In this document: one piece after another, positions 39,660-50,860 of the stretch
How the letters are laid out: every line of letters begins with the position of its first letter
How positions within the stretch are numbered: position 1 is the stretch's first letter
From: an uncultured Candidatus Rokubacteria bacterium
Lineage (GTDB): Bacteria; Methylomirabilota; Methylomirabilia; Rokubacteriales; DASRDR01
Assembly (NCBI GenBank): GCA_963805625.1
Contig: CAWDVE010000016.1
Location: 535,195-599,194 of the forward strand
Direction of reading: 5' to 3'
DNA: 64,000 bases
The notes under the pieces: generated by a model
The model's database searches: none
Seen by the model: only the letters and a program-made list of their open reading frames with translations
Told to the model about the DNA's origin: nothing
Program-made: the position numbers and the translations under genes

Positions 39660-42023
39660 TCACGGCACCGTCCATGTCCAGTCGCGGATCTCCGGCATGT
39701 CGTCGCCGTGCCGGTTGATATACGCGCGGTGCGCGGTCCGCTTGTCCCGCATCGCCTGCTCGACATGGGCCGCCCGGTACCCCAGCGCGGGGACCCGGTC
39801 GATCACGTCCATCACCAGGTGATAGCGGTCCAGGTCGTTCCGCACCACCATGTCGAAGGGTGTCGTCGTCGTCCCCTCCTCCTTGTAGCCGCGGACGTGG
39901 AGATTCGGGTGGTTCGTCCGCCGGTAGGTCAGGCGGTGAATGAGCCAGGGGTATCCGTGGTAGGCGAAGATGATCGGCTTGTCCGTGGTGAACAGGGAAT
40001 CGAACGCCGCGTTCGACAGGCCGTGTGGATGCTCCTCGGCCGGCTGGAGTCGCATCAGGTCCACCACGTTGACCACCCGAACCTTGAGCGTCGGCAGGTG
40101 CTCGCGCAGCAGGCTCACCGCCGCCAGCGTCTCGAGCGTGGGCACGTCCCCGGCGCAGACCATCACGACGTCGGGCTCGGCGCCCTGATCGTTGCTCGCC
40201 CACGTCCAGATCCCGATCCCCGCCGTGCAGTGGGTCACGGCCGCGTTCATGTCCAGGTACTGGAGCGCCGGCTGCTTCCCTGCGACGACGACGTTCACGT
40301 AGTTCCGGCTCCGCAGGCAGTGGTCCATCACGGACAGCAGGGTGTTCGCGTCCGGCGGCAGGTAGACCCGGATGACCTCCGCCTTCTTGTTGACGACGTG
40401 GTCGATGAACCCCGGGTCCTGATGGGAGAAGCCGTTGTGGTCCTGGCGCCAGACGTGGGAGGTCAGGAGATAGTTGAGCGACGCAATGGGCTCGCGCCAT
40501 GGGATCGCCCGCGTCACCTTGAGCCACTTGGCGTGCTGGTTGAACATCGAGTCGACGATGTGGATGAACGCCTCGTAGCTCGAGAATAGTCCGTGCCGGC
40601 CGGTCAGGAGGTAGCCCTCGAGCCAGCCCTGGCACGTGTGCTCGCTCAGGATCTCCATCACCCGACCGTCCGGGGCCAGGTGGTCGTCGTCGGGTTGCCG
40701 CTCGGCGACCCAGGTCCGATCGGTCGCCTCGAAGAGATCCGACAGGCGGTTCGACGCGGTCTCGTCCGGGCCGAAGACCCGGAAGTTCCGGCGGTCCCCG
40801 TTGAGCCGCATGACGTCCCGGAGGAAGCCGCCGAGGACGCGGGTCGCCTCCGCCATTGCGGTGCCCGGCGTGGACACGTCGACGGCGTAGGTCCGGAAGT
40901 CGGGCATCCTCAGATCCTTGAGAAGGAGCCCCCCGTTGGCATGGGGGTTCGCGCCCATGCGGCGCGGCCCGGCCGGCGCCAGCGCCGTCACGGCCGGGAT
41001 CGGCGCCCCCTGCTCGTCGAACAGCGCCTCGGGCCGGTAGCTTCGCATCCAGGCCTCCAGTGCCTGGAGATGCGCCGGGTGCCCAGTGAAGTCGGCCATC
41101 GGCACCTGGTGCGAGCGCCATGATCCCTCGGTCGGCTGGCCGTCGACCTCTTTGGGCCCGGTCCAGCCCTTCAATGTCTTGAGCACGATCATCGGCCAGC
41201 GGGGACGCGTCGCGGTCCCGGTGATGCGCGCCTCACGCTGGATCGCTCGGATCTCAGCGAGGACGGCGTCGAGCGTCGCGGCCATCTGCTGGTGCATCGC
41301 GGCGGGCTCGGAGCCCTCGACCCAGTGGGGCGTGTAGCCGTAGCCGGCCAGGAGGTGGTCCAGTTCGTCCCGCGGAATGCGGGCGAGGATCGTGGGGTTG
41401 GCGATCTTGTAGCCGTTCAGGTGCAGGACCGGGAGCACCGCCCCGTCGGTGACGGGGTTGAGGAATTTGTTCGAGTGCCACGCGGTCGCCAGTGGGCCCG
41501 TCTCCGCCTCCCCATCGCCCACGACGCAGGCCACGATCAGCTCCGGATTGTCGAACGCCGCGCCGTAGGCATGGGCCAAGGCGTACCCGAGCTCACCCCC
41601 CTCGTGGATCGACCCCGGGGTCTCCGGCGCCGCGTGGCTCGGGATCCCACCGGGGAAGGAGAACTGGCGGAACAGCCGCCGCATCCCGTCCTCGTCCAGC
41701 GACACGTTGGGATACCGCTCGCTGTAGCTCCCCTCGAGATACGTGCTGGCGACCATGGCCGGCCCGCCGTGGCCCGGACCGCAGATGTAGATCATGTCCA
41801 GGCCGTCCCGCTTGATCACGCGATTCAGGTGCGCGTAGATGAAGTTCAGTCCCGGCGTCGTGCCCCAGTGCCCGAGCAGCCGTGGTTTGATGTGTGACAC
41901 CTGCAACGGCTCCCGGAGCAGCGGATTGGCCAGGAGATAGATCTGGCCGACCGACAGGTAGTTCGCCGCGCGCCAGCAGGCGTCGATCGCGTTCAGCTCG
42001 GCGGCCGACAGCGGTCCCTCCAT
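39660..42023 (-). CDS. xfp: Xylulose-5-P/fructose-6-P phosphoketolase
   Basis: [30 protein letters not shown] and [13 protein letters not shown]. Confidence 0.95.
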   Translation of the reverse strand: MEGPLSAAELNAIDACWRAANYLSVGQIYLLANPLLREPLQVSHIKPRLLGHWGTTPGLNFIYAHLNRVIKRDGLDMIYICGPGHGGPAMVASTYLEGSYSERYPNVSLDEDGMRRLFRQFSFPGGIPSHAAPETPGSIHEGGELGYALAHAYGAAFDNPELIVACVVGDGEAETGPLATAWHSNKFLNPVTDGAVLPVLHLNGYKIANPTILARIPRDELDHLLAGYGYTPHWVEGSEPAAMHQQMAATLDAVLAEIRAIQREARITGTATRPRWPMIVLKTLKGWTGPKEVDGQPTEGSWRSHQVPMADFTGHPAHLQALEAWMRSYRPEALFDEQGAPIPAVTALAPAGPRRMGANPHANGGLLLKDLRMPDFRTYAVDVSTPGTAMAEATRVLGGFLRDVMRLNGDRRNFRVFGPDETASNRLSDLFEATDRTWVAERQPDDDHLAPDGRVMEILSEHTCQGWLEGYLLTGRHGLFSSYEAFIHIVDSMFNQHAKWLKVTRAIPWREPIASLNYLLTSHVWRQDHNGFSHQDPGFIDHVVNKKAEVIRVYLPPDANTLLSVMDHCLRSRNYVNVVVAGKQPALQYLDMNAAVTHCTAGIGIWTWASNDQGAEPDVVMVCAGDVPTLETLAAVSLLREHLPTLKVRVVNVVDLMRLQPAEEHPHGLSNAAFDSLFTTDKPIIFAYHGYPWLIHRLTYRRTNHPNLHVRGYKEEGTTTTPFDMVVRNDLDRYHLVMDVIDRVPALGYRAAHVEQAMRDKRTAHRAYINRHGDDMPEIRDWTWTVP

Positions 42024-42227
42024 CACGCCCTCCTCGCGCCCACGGCGGTGACCGGGGACTTGACGAGCCGCGCGGGCATGGAGCTCGTCGTACACACCCT
42101 GGGGGCCGACACCCGCAATCCAGGTGCCGGCCTCATGCCTCGGAGCGTCCAGTCGACCGGTCCAGCGCGACCCGGTCGTGACCAACACGTCCAACTCTGA
42201 TTCTCCCCGCCCAATCGCTCGTGCTCC

Positions 42228-43460
42228 TTACCTTCGAGGGACGTCCGTCGATCGCGCGACGCACGCGACGGTCTCTCGCGCGATGACCGGTTCCTCGTCG
42301 GCGGCGATGACGTAGGCCTTGAGCGCCGCGTCCGGGGGGCTGACGCAGCCCTCCGCACCGACGGCAGCGGCGTTCCGCGCGGGGTCGAGCCGGAGGCCGC
42401 ACCAGTCCATCCCGGCGCAGATGCGGGCGCGAATCTCCGGCGAGTGCTCCCCGATTCCGCCCGTGAAGACCACGGCCCGGACGCCGCCCAGGGCGGCCAC
42501 ATACGCCCCGATGTACTTTCGCGCGCGATAGCAGAAGACGGCGATGGCCAGGCGCGCGCCGGGATGGTCTCCCTCGCGCGCGAGCAACTCGCGCATGTCG
42601 GAGCTGAGGCCGGAGATGCCGAGCAGGCCCGAGCGGGAATTGAGCCACTCGCTGACCGTGTTCACCGGCACGGCCTCGCGCCGAGTCAGGTATTCGACGA
42701 TCGCGGGGTCCAGGTCGCCCGCGCGGGTGCCCATCACCAGGCCTTCGAGCGGCGTGAACCCCATCGAGGTGTCGACGGAGCGACCCTCCTTGATGGCCGC
42801 GGCCGAGCACCCATTGCCGAGATGAAGCGCGACGAGCGTGGCCGCCTCCTCGGGCGTCTCCGTCATCTCGGCGTATCGGGCGAGCACGGACTGGTAGGAG
42901 AGCCCGTGGAAGCCGAAGCGGCGGATGCTGTGCCGGTCCGCGAGCTCGCGGGGGATGGCGTAGGTCGAGGCGTGATCCGGGAGGCTCGCGTGGAAGGCCG
43001 TGTCGAAGACGGCCACCATCGGTACGCGCGGCCCGAGCGTCGCCCGCGCCGCCCGGATTCCCGCCAGGCTCGGCCGGTTGTGGAGGGGCGCCAGCTCCTC
43101 CAGCGCCTCGAGCCCGGCCACCACCGCGTCGTCGATCAGGACCGGATGACGGAACCGGTCCGCGCCGTGGACGACCCGGTGCCCCACCGTCGCGATCGGG
43201 GGCAGGCCCGATCGCTCGCCCGCGGCCAGCCGGGCCAGCACGTGCCGAATCGCCGCCTCGTACCCATCGAGCGGGACCCGCGCCTCTTCGACTCGCTCGC
43301 CGATCCGGAGGCGGACGGTGGCGTCCCCGGTGGAAAGGCCGTCCACCTGGCCACGGGCGAGCGCCTGCGGGCGGCGGCCACCCGCGGCGTCGTCGGGGCC
43401 GACATGGAACAGCCCGAACTTGACAGAGGAGCTCCCGCAGTTGAAAGCCAGCACTGCCAT
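42228..43460 (-). CDS. ackA: Acetate kinase
   Basis: NCGSSSVK, GHRVVHG, FDTAFH and TSMGFTPLEGLVMGTRAGD. Confidence 0.93.
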   Translation of the reverse strand: MAVLAFNCGSSSVKFGLFHVGPDDAAGGRRPQALARGQVDGLSTGDATVRLRIGERVEEARVPLDGYEAAIRHVLARLAAGERSGLPPIATVGHRVVHGADRFRHPVLIDDAVVAGLEALEELAPLHNRPSLAGIRAARATLGPRVPMVAVFDTAFHASLPDHASTYAIPRELADRHSIRRFGFHGLSYQSVLARYAEMTETPEEAATLVALHLGNGCSAAAIKEGRSVDTSMGFTPLEGLVMGTRAGDLDPAIVEYLTRREAVPVNTVSEWLNSRSGLLGISGLSSDMRELLAREGDHPGARLAIAVFCYRARKYIGAYVAALGGVRAVVFTGGIGEHSPEIRARICAGMDWCGLRLDPARNAAAVGAEGCVSPPDAALKAYVIAADEEPVIARETVACVARSTDVPRR

Positions 43461-43846
43461 CAGGGATGGACTGCGTGGATGGCAGTCCGAGGGACGCGCC
43501 TCATGGGATCCTCTCCCCGCCCTTCATGGGCCGCGCTTCGCCCCGAAGGCACGCGCGTCCGCCGAGCCTGTGAGTTCGAGCCCGGCGAGATACTCGTCCA
43601 TGCTCGACCCGCAGAGGGCGAAGGTCAAGCCATGCAGGAGCTCTTTCGAGCTACCATGCGCGCACTTTCTAGGCCGCGTCCGCCCGATGGAATATGTGGG
43701 ACGAAGAAGTCGTGACCGCGCCTGAAGTGCGCTCACGCGGTCGGAGCGTTCGCCGCGTCGTGCACGGCTCCCGGCGCACGTCGATAGCCGCGCTTACCCT
43801 GCAGGCCTTCCGCCCTATAATGGCCCTTGCCGGAGGGGAGACAGCG

Positions 43847-44074
43847 ATGAAGGCCTACGACTTCAAGGTGCTCTTGGAACCGAATGAGACCGGTGGGTAC
43901 GTCGCGACGTGCCCCTCTCTTCCAGGCTGCTACAGCCAGGGCGACACGGTCGACGGGGCGCTGGACAACATCCGCGAAGCCATCGAGCTCTGCCTGGAGG
44001 ACATACAGGCCCACGGGGAGGTCATCCCGGATCCCTCCCGCGTCCTGGTCGGAAGCGTCGTCGTCACCCGATGA
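43847..44074 (+). CDS. hicB: HicB family antitoxin (short, no DNA-binding domain)
   Basis: GGYVATCPSLPGCYSQGDTVDGALDNIREAIEL; TATAAT at 43816-43821 and GGAGG RBS. Confidence 0.88.
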   Translation: MKAYDFKVLLEPNETGGYVATCPSLPGCYSQGDTVDGALDNIREAIELCLEDIQAHGEVIPDPSRVLVGSVVVTR

Positions 44075-44307
44075 CGTCCGGGCTTCCCGTCGTCTCCGGA
44101 CGGGAGGCCATCCGCGTCTTCGAGCAGCTCGGCTACACCGTCGTCCGGCAGCGCGGTAGCCACATCCGGCTCCGCCATGCGACTGATCCCTCCAGAAGGC
44201 CGCTGACGATCCCGGACCACCGCACGCTCAAGGCGGGCTTGCTGCGACACCTGATGCGCGACGCGGAGGTGGACCCCGAGGAGTTTCGCCGACTGCTGAA
44301 TCAGTAG
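44071..44307 (+). CDS. hicA: HicA family mRNA interferase toxin
   Basis: VSGREAIRVFEQLGY...RQRGSHIRL...TIPDH...GLLRHLM; ATGA overlap with hicB. Confidence 0.88.
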   Translation: MTSGLPVVSGREAIRVFEQLGYTVVRQRGSHIRLRHATDPSRRPLTIPDHRTLKAGLLRHLMRDAEVDPEEFRRLLNQ

Positions 44308-44767
44308 TGCGAACGTCTCGCGAACCAGTCTGGACCGACCGATTCCGCTATGCCCGAAACTATGCCCGCGACCGCCCTCCCCAGGCCCGAAACCACCCCC
44401 CGCCAGCCAAGCACCCAAAGAAAAACCCCTCGGCAAGTCCGCGACTTACCGAGGGGCTTCTATTTGCCCGCCTGCTTGACAGGCCAGCGTGGTAACCAGG
44501 CTCCACCACGACCCCGCCCTTGCAGATTAGCTACTTAGCGGATACCGGTCAAGGGCGAAACGACGTGGAAATGAAATCAGCTATACCCAACGTGCACACT
44601 GGCCTTTCGGCCAGGGATTTTCAGTCAGCAACATGCGTCGTTGGCCTGAATAGCGGCACACACGCCTGTTCCTGGCCAGAGCCCGGGTCGCTGGTTCAAA
44701 TCGGGGGCTGGATTTGCGTTGTGGAGGCGACCCGACTTGAACTTCGAGTTCGTACTCGAGTACTAGC

Positions 44768-44802
44768 GGACTCGAACCCGTGTTTCAGCCTTGAGAGGGC
44801 GG
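44768..44802 (-). other. tRNA-Glu(CUC) fragment (anticodon arm + T arm), probable att-site remnant
   Basis: Minus strand reads CCGCC-CTCTCAA-GGCTG-AAAC-ACGGG-TTCGAGT-CC; no D arm or acceptor stem. Confidence 0.6.
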
Positions 44803-44994
44803 AGACACGGTCTGCTGCGGCGCGGACTTACGCGGCGGTTGCCACCCGCGGTTGCCACGGCGCCTTCGAATGGGCAAGGGTTCTTGCCCCGTCATCGCCT
44901 CGGCGGCAACTTGAAGGGTGTGAGCGGTGACCGCCGTGGCGACGCGATCCCCAGTATAGCCAGCATTGAGTGCCATGGTCCCGCCGTAGTGTAC

Positions 44995-45390
44995 CTCCGC
45001 CAGTGCGAAGCTTCGAAGACCTGGCGGACTACACCGGGCTCCGTCTGGCCGATGGACCGCAGTCTCTCGGCCCGGCCCTTGAACGCGATGAGTGTTCTCT
45101 CCTGCGTGACCTTTCAGGCGCGAAGCAGATACCTACTCGAATCCAAGTCGACTTTGAACATCTTCACTTTGGAAAACGCAGGATCCGTCGAGTCCTATGC
45201 ACGATGGGTTCCTGCTTCTTGCAGGTGGTTCACCGCGGAGCAGTACCAGAGGACGATACCCTCGCCGGCCTCCTGAGCGGCCGCGAAAGCCTTCCGGTCG
45301 AAGTTCACGACGCCAGTAGAGGCAAGGCATGGCGACGCCGGCCAGCGCGACAAGGGCCGATGCGGCCATGATGAGGGTCCGGCGATCCAT
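44995..45390 (-). pseudogene. Decayed exported thioredoxin-like gene
   Basis: Signal-like MDRRTLIMAASAL, then across frames FDRKAFAAAQEAG, R*TTCKKQEPI (degenerate WCxxC) and FKVDLDS...TLIAFKG. Confidence 0.5.
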
Positions 45391-45833
45391 GGAGGAACTC
45401 CGGTTCCGAGGTGTCAGTTCGAAAGGGTTAGCACGCGGCGCGCCCCGAGTTGTCAGGGACGAGTCAGATCCGCGCGGCGTCCGGGCTCATCGGCGACCCG
45501 ACCGCCGCTCGTTCATATTGGCAGGCAGCAATTCCACTCCGCCCGGGCGTCGCGGCGCCCGGCGCCTCAAAAAGGCATCGGCGGGAGCAGGCACGTCGCG
45601 ATCTCGCTCGTCGAAACGTCGCGGACCCAGCGTCAACGATTGAGCAGAAAGCGTGAAACGCCGACGCGGAGCGCGAAGCGACCGTTCACCCGTAACACGG
45701 CGCACGTTCCGCGCGGCTTTGCCTTGTCGAGCAGCGCGTTCGCTAGGGCGAGAGCGGTTGTATCGGTCGCTTCCCGGCGGAGCTGAGCGACAAGCAACGA
45801 TTCACGCTCGCCGCGGGTTTGCATGCGTGCCAA

Positions 45834-47163
45834 TCACTGCCTCGGCACCCGCCAGAAAGGCCCCGCGATGTGTTCGAGGGGCCGGCCGGGCTCGTTAGGC
45901 CGTAGGCCGTACCGCAGCAGCGCGATGATGTCGGCGCTCACGTGCGGATTCGAAGTGAAGTAGCTGTGGCCGAAGAAGTCGCTCGTCCCGCTCACCTGGA
46001 TGATGTCGACCGCGCGCAACAAGGCGATCGCTTCGATCTGGTCAGCGCTGAACATCGTCGCGTCGATCCGCCCGAGCCGGGCGATGCTGCCGAACAGCCA
46101 GCTCGCCGTCGCGAGCGCCTTGTCGTCGGGCGAAACGTAGAGGGTGACCCTGAGGCCAGGTGAAGGGGGGATGACGGCGCCCGGGTCCGGTTTCCCGCCG
46201 AACGGCAAGTCAGGGTCGGAGAACGACTTTGAAGATCTTGGTCAGCGCGACGTCGCCATCAAGGTCGGGAGCGACGAGGACAACATTGCCGATGTGAAAC
46301 TCGCGATCCGGTGAGCTCTGGAGTGTGTAGGCTTCGACGCTGAGCTCGGCCAGCGCCGATGCGAGAGTGTCCGTGCCGCGGCTATGCGCGATGAGGTGGA
46401 TACGCTCCACGCCCGGCGTCCGGGCGACGATCCGGATCGCCTTCAACAGGTCCTCGACCGCGTATTCGGCCGACTCGCGGTCGACGTTGTAGCCGAACAG
46501 TATGCCGCGCCGTCCGCCGGCGGGCCACGTGAAGATGCCGCACACGAACTCCCGTCCTAGGAAATGGCACAGCTCGCCCATCGTCAGCGCTGCACTCTCG
46601 AAGCTGCTGTGGTAGCCGTGCACGAACAGCACGACTTCCTTGCGGCGCGCGATAGCGATCCGCCTCGCAATCTCGGCTTGCAGCTGCTGCTTCGCCTTTT
46701 CGTACGCCTCGACGACGGCGGGTACACGTCTTATGCCATCCGGAGCGACAACGACTTCATACGGTATGGCCGGAAAGCGACCGAGCTCCGTGGTCGGCCC
46801 GAGCTTGAGCTGCAGTGGATTGACGCGTTGCGTCGCGGTGCTTTCCTTGACCAGCACGTCCCAGGAGACGTCTTCGCCGAACTCGATCATCGCCGATCCG
46901 AACGCCATCGAACGCGATCGGCCCGCGGTATACGGCAAGTCACCGGCTTGCTCTGCCGGTGCGCGATCGGTGATGAACAGCAGATCGAGAGACGGCCGGC
47001 GACTGTCGATCGACAACTCGGTGAAAAGCGGCCTCGCATTCTCCCCTGTGTAGAGCACCGGGGTCGGCATCATCGGGTGGTTCGTCGCGCAGCCCGTCAG
47101 GACGAATGCGATGGCGGCGATGACGATGGCTGATCGCGCTCCGGGCGAGGACGTCCTTGCCAT
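45834..47163 (-). pseudogene. Alpha/beta hydrolase lipoprotein (DUF900-like), split by a one-base frameshift near 46224
   Basis: Lipobox LTGC, LFVHGY, FTWPAG and IAHSRG. Reading continues as FSDPDLPFGG...YVSPDDKAL...GHSYF in the next frame. Confidence 0.7.
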
Positions 47164-47425
47164 GCATCTCGGAGCACGCTTAGACATGGCCGCGAAGCAA
47201 ATCGATCGAGGTTCGGCGCACCCACACGCACCGCTGCTCCTCGCAGTGCGGGAGCTCGCCGCTGCGCACGCATTCGCCGATCGGGTGAGCTACGCCGCTC
47301 GGCAGCAGCAGGCGCCGACTTGTGGCACGTGATCGGTCATCGCTAAACCGGAATTGAGCGAGCCCGCCAGTACGGTCGCGCCCTGCGAAACCGTGATTCG
47401 CTTCAGAGTTGCCGACGACAAGCTG

Positions 47426-47968
47426 TCATGAGCCCGCATCTGCTGCATTCTTGCTTTCTTCGGCGGGCGGGACGCCGATTGGGGCGTCGCGCAGACGACC
47501 GACATCGCGCCACGCGTCACGAGCCGCAATCACCGCCCAGACAACGAGGTAGCTGAAACTCCACCACCCTAGATACTGGCCCCATCCCCAGATGATTGTG
47601 CCGAATGCCGAGAGTGCCAATCCCAGTTTCGCTGTATAGATGTCGTCCAACAGTTCGACCATGCTCGACCGTGACTCCTTGTTTCTCTGCAAGATCGCCA
47701 GCTCGAGGACGCCGTATCGGAGATATCTCCTCGACGCCAGCAGAAGACCGATCGCGGTCGTTAGGGAACCAGACCTTTCAAAGAGGTCCCAACGGTCGGG
47801 ACCTTTCGCAAACCCGGCGCAGATGAGCGGCGGACTCACAGCCAGGATAATGACGGCAACCCTGCGGGCACGATACGCGCCCGGAGTTCGCAAGCGAAAC
47901 CACTCTCGATAAGTACGCGTCAGGACATAACCCTTACAGATCGTAAGTGACCATGACTGTTCTCGCAC
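47426..47968 (-). CDS. Hypothetical membrane protein
   Basis: 180-aa ORF with several hydrophobic segments; start uncertain. Confidence 0.45.
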   Translation of the reverse strand: MREQSWSLTICKGYVLTRTYREWFRLRTPGAYRARRVAVIILAVSPPLICAGFAKGPDRWDLFERSGSLTTAIGLLLASRRYLRYGVLELAILQRNKESRSSMVELLDDIYTAKLGLALSAFGTIIWGWGQYLGWWSFSYLVVWAVIAARDAWRDVGRLRDAPIGVPPAEESKNAADAGS

Positions 47969-48090
47969 ATCACAATGAACTGGCGTGGGCGGCCCTGGTC
48001 AGTCACGACGTGATCGTCAACCTGATCGGAGCGACGAAGACCGCATCCGGTCTCCGCGTGAAGGCGCGCCTCGACCAACGCAGGTACCGA
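47957..48090 (+). mobile_element. ISAzo13-family transposase fragment
   Basis: Reads LFSHITMNWRGRP/LVSHDVIVNLIGATKTASGLRVKARLDQRRY with one frameshift, matching the C-terminal motif of that family. Confidence 0.75.
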
Positions 48091-48126
48091 TGGTTGAACA
48101 TGTTACTGCGGCTCTGACGGCCTCCG

Positions 48127-48798
48127 CTACGTGTTCCCAGTTGCTGATGCTGCGTCGTCCCGAACCGGCCGCCTCTGGTTCTGCGGGCGCCAAGCCGCGG
48201 CCCGCCGGAAGCGCAGCGACGCGAGAAGGATCACGATCCCGAAGACGATCGCGTAGGCGGCGAGGGCGAGCACGACGCGGTCCGAGCCGGCGTAGGGCGT
48301 GCCGAGCACCAGGCCGAGCACCCCAAGCGCGAGGAAGATCGAGAACGCGCCTCCGGTGCCGACGAGCCAGTGGGCGGCGAGCTTGGGCGGCAGCCCCACC
48401 GCGGCGACGATCTCACAAATCCCGGTCAGCACAGCCCACGCGATCAGGACTCCGATCGCCCCGCGCGGAAGAAACGGAAACGGCCAAACCAACGCCAGCA
48501 GTCCGAAACAGACGCTGATGATGCCTTCGAGCGCGATCGGCCAGCCCGTCATCCGCGCGGGGGCTGCTCGGAGCGCCGAAGCGATCGCCAGAATCCCGTC
48601 GGCGATCGCGTATGTGCCGAAGGAGACGATGGCAGCGTCGAACACCGGGATCCGCCAGAGCGCGATCGCAACTCCGAATAAGACCGCCAGGACACCGCGG
48701 CCGGCCACCATCCACCAATTCTTCACCAGCGGCTGCAGCTCCGCCGCAGCCTGCCACTCCGAGGCGCCGCCAGACGATGCAGTCGATCGCTGTGTCAC
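48127..48798 (-). CDS. HdeD/DUF308 family membrane protein
   Basis: NWWMVAGRGVLAVLFG, FGTYAIADG, WAVLTGICEI and AYAIVFG. Confidence 0.75.
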   Translation of the reverse strand: MTQRSTASSGGASEWQAAAELQPLVKNWWMVAGRGVLAVLFGVAIALWRIPVFDAAIVSFGTYAIADGILAIASALRAAPARMTGWPIALEGIISVCFGLLALVWPFPFLPRGAIGVLIAWAVLTGICEIVAAVGLPPKLAAHWLVGTGGAFSIFLALGVLGLVLGTPYAGSDRVVLALAAYAIVFGIVILLASLRFRRAAAWRPQNQRRPVRDDAASATGNT

Positions 48799-49402
48799 TG
48801 TATTATGCGAGACTCAGTAAGTGCGTCCCACGCCTTCTGATTGCCGCGATCGAAGGCCTTGCGCGACTCCGCCAAGGCTGCACTCATCGCCGCCCAGGAT
48901 TCGCTGCCCGCCTGCTTCAGCTTCTGCAATCGGGCTTCGGCCTCCGCCGCGTCCGTCTTCATCTGCTTCACCGCCGCATCGACATCGGCGCGCCTCGCGG
49001 CTGCGACCTTGGTGGCTTCACTGTGGAGCTTGTCGACCGCCTCTTGCCACGCCTTTGCATGCGCGGCGGTAACGTCCCGGAACGTGTCCTGTTGCTGCTC
49101 GATTTGCTTGCCGACGGTGTCAAAATAGGTTTTGACCTGCGCTTCAAAGCCGTGCCACTGCGACTCCAGATGAGCTTTGCTGGCTTGCATAGCGGCTTCG
49201 CCCGCCTGAGCCTGCGCCTTGGCTTTGGCTTGAAACTCGCCCCGCCGCTTCTTCATGTCGGCGAGCATTTGATCGGCTTTTGCCTTCGACTCGGCCTTCA
49301 CCTGACCCGCTTTGGCTTCGAGTGAAGCCACGTGGCATCCATCTCGTCAATTCGCTGCTTGGTCCAGTTCACGTACGCATGCATTCTGCTCTGTTCTGCC
49401 AT
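48795..49402 (-). pseudogene. Ala/Lys/Gln-rich coiled-coil protein with a frameshift near 49331
   Basis: MAEQSRMHAYVNWTKQRIDEMDAT continues as ASLEAKAGQVKAESK in the adjacent frame; GGAGG RBS. Confidence 0.55.
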
Positions 49403-49552
49403 GATCGCCTCCAATGCGCCGTTGTAATGCACGTCGGAACGGTGTTCACGATCACGTCGCCCGCCGGAATCACCTGCCACATGCCGCCGCCGATCGGCAC
49501 TGTCCCATTTGTGATCAGGTTACGCTACGTGTCGGAGCACCGATGTCCGCGC

Positions 49553-49621
49553 ATGCGCATCGCCGAACAAAGCTCCGGCCCGCGCGTCCTGCTGCACGGG
49601 CTCTCTGAATGCAACTACTCC
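49553..49621 (+). pseudogene. N-terminal fragment of an epoxide hydrolase-like alpha/beta hydrolase
   Basis: MRIAEQSSGPRVLLHGLSECNYS resembles the typical MHIAEQGxGPLVLLxHGFPExWYS start. Confidence 0.4.
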
Positions 49622-49678
49622 CTGCCGACAATACATCGTCCGTCTGGTCTAAGAAGGTTTTGCTGTGCGCTTGAATAT

Positions 49679-50569
49679 TCATTTGAACAGCGTCCCAGTA
49701 ATCAGCTTCGGAATCACCGGTGTGATTTGGAGCTGGACGTTCCATTCCGGGCCGCCCGTGGGTCTCTCCACGAAGTACTGTCCGCCGATCTGGATTTGCA
49801 CAGGGAGCTTCCCCCCCATCATGACCACCTTGGCTACCGATAGTCCGAGGGGCACAGTCCAGCGCTCACCGCTCCGCGCTTTCCAATCGGCCAGAATGCT
49901 GCCCGAGTAGCCGACGCTCCATCCGTCTCCGAAGAAACGGTAGATCAAAGGCAAGAGATTCAGCTGGCTTGTGTCCTTGCGGTCCCCGTCTCCGGCGAAA
50001 GACCACCATTGCTGGGCCAAGGCGGCGATCATGAACTCTTTCGTGATGTAGCCACCTCCGACAGCTGGCCCAACCTGCCACTTACCTTGGCCCGTGAAAT
50101 CCGAGCCAGCGGTCGGGAATATCCAGGTAGGTCCTACGCCAAAGATCCACGGCTCGGTGCCGGCGGGTGAAAGCACTTGCGCCAGGATGATGTCGCCGAA
50201 CGTTGTTTTCCGGTCGCTGCTATCGGGTCCCGTGGGAACCGGCACGCTGTTGTAGAGCGTGATCACGGGCCGGGTGATTAGATTGATGTCCTTGGTCAGG
50301 CTCACCGGCATGACGGGCTGAAAATAGAGGTTGTACACCCACTCCTCGCTCACCGGGCTGACATCCGCGCTCTCGAGTCTCACGTTGTTGAACTGAAACT
50401 GGAGCTGCCAGAGGCTGGTGACCGGGTTCGAGATCTCCTTGGCCAATTCACTAGCGGAGAGAGCTGCAGTTGCAGGAGCTGCCTGCGGCCAAGCGGGGGT
50501 GGCCTCGATAACGAGAGCAAGCAACGTAACGCCCACAATGACCTGCCACTCTCTCAGCCGCGTCGCCAT
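49679..50569 (-). CDS. Exported, probable outer-membrane protein (family often labelled 'neuromedin U')
   Basis: Signal peptide, ELAKEISNPV, FQPVMPVSL...LITRP, GPTWIFPTA, GKWQVGPA and WTVPLGL. Confidence 0.7.
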   Translation of the reverse strand: MATRLREWQVIVGVTLLALVIEATPAWPQAAPATAALSASELAKEISNPVTSLWQLQFQFNNVRLESADVSPVSEEWVYNLYFQPVMPVSLTKDINLITRPVITLYNSVPVPTGPDSSDRKTTFGDIILAQVLSPAGTEPWIFGVGPTWIFPTAGSDFTGQGKWQVGPAVGGGYITKEFMIAALAQQWWSFAGDGDRKDTSQLNLLPLIYRFFGDGWSVGYSGSILADWKARSGERWTVPLGLSVAKVVMMGGKLPVQIQIGGQYFVERPTGGPEWNVQLQITPVIPKLITGTLFK

Positions 50570-50576
50570 ACCATGT

Positions 50577-50860
50577 CCCCCTCGTCTCGATACGACGCTA
50601 CGGCCCTCAAGCGTGCGACGCTAGGGGGAACTTGGTCGCGACAGCTGACCGCCCCACGACATCGCGCGATACTTTCGTACTGGCGCGCGCGACGTTGGGC
50701 TTGAGGAGGGAGTGTTTCTACCTTGGTGGTAGCGCCTGGTTGGCCGCGGTGATGCCGAGCCGGTCGGCCATGCGAACGAGCTCCGGCAGCGTTTCCGCCT
50801 GCATCTTCCGCATGATCTGACCGCGAAGCGCCTTGACCCTGGTCTCACTGAGATTGAGAT
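50577..50860. repeat. 284-bp direct repeat, copy 1 (3' end of response regulator plus downstream intergenic DNA)
   Basis: Ungapped near-identical match to 56889-57172 (offset 6312). Confidence 0.9.

Noticed and set aside
44721-44802. Intact tRNA gene
   Set aside because: No D arm or pairing acceptor stem; kept only as remnants.
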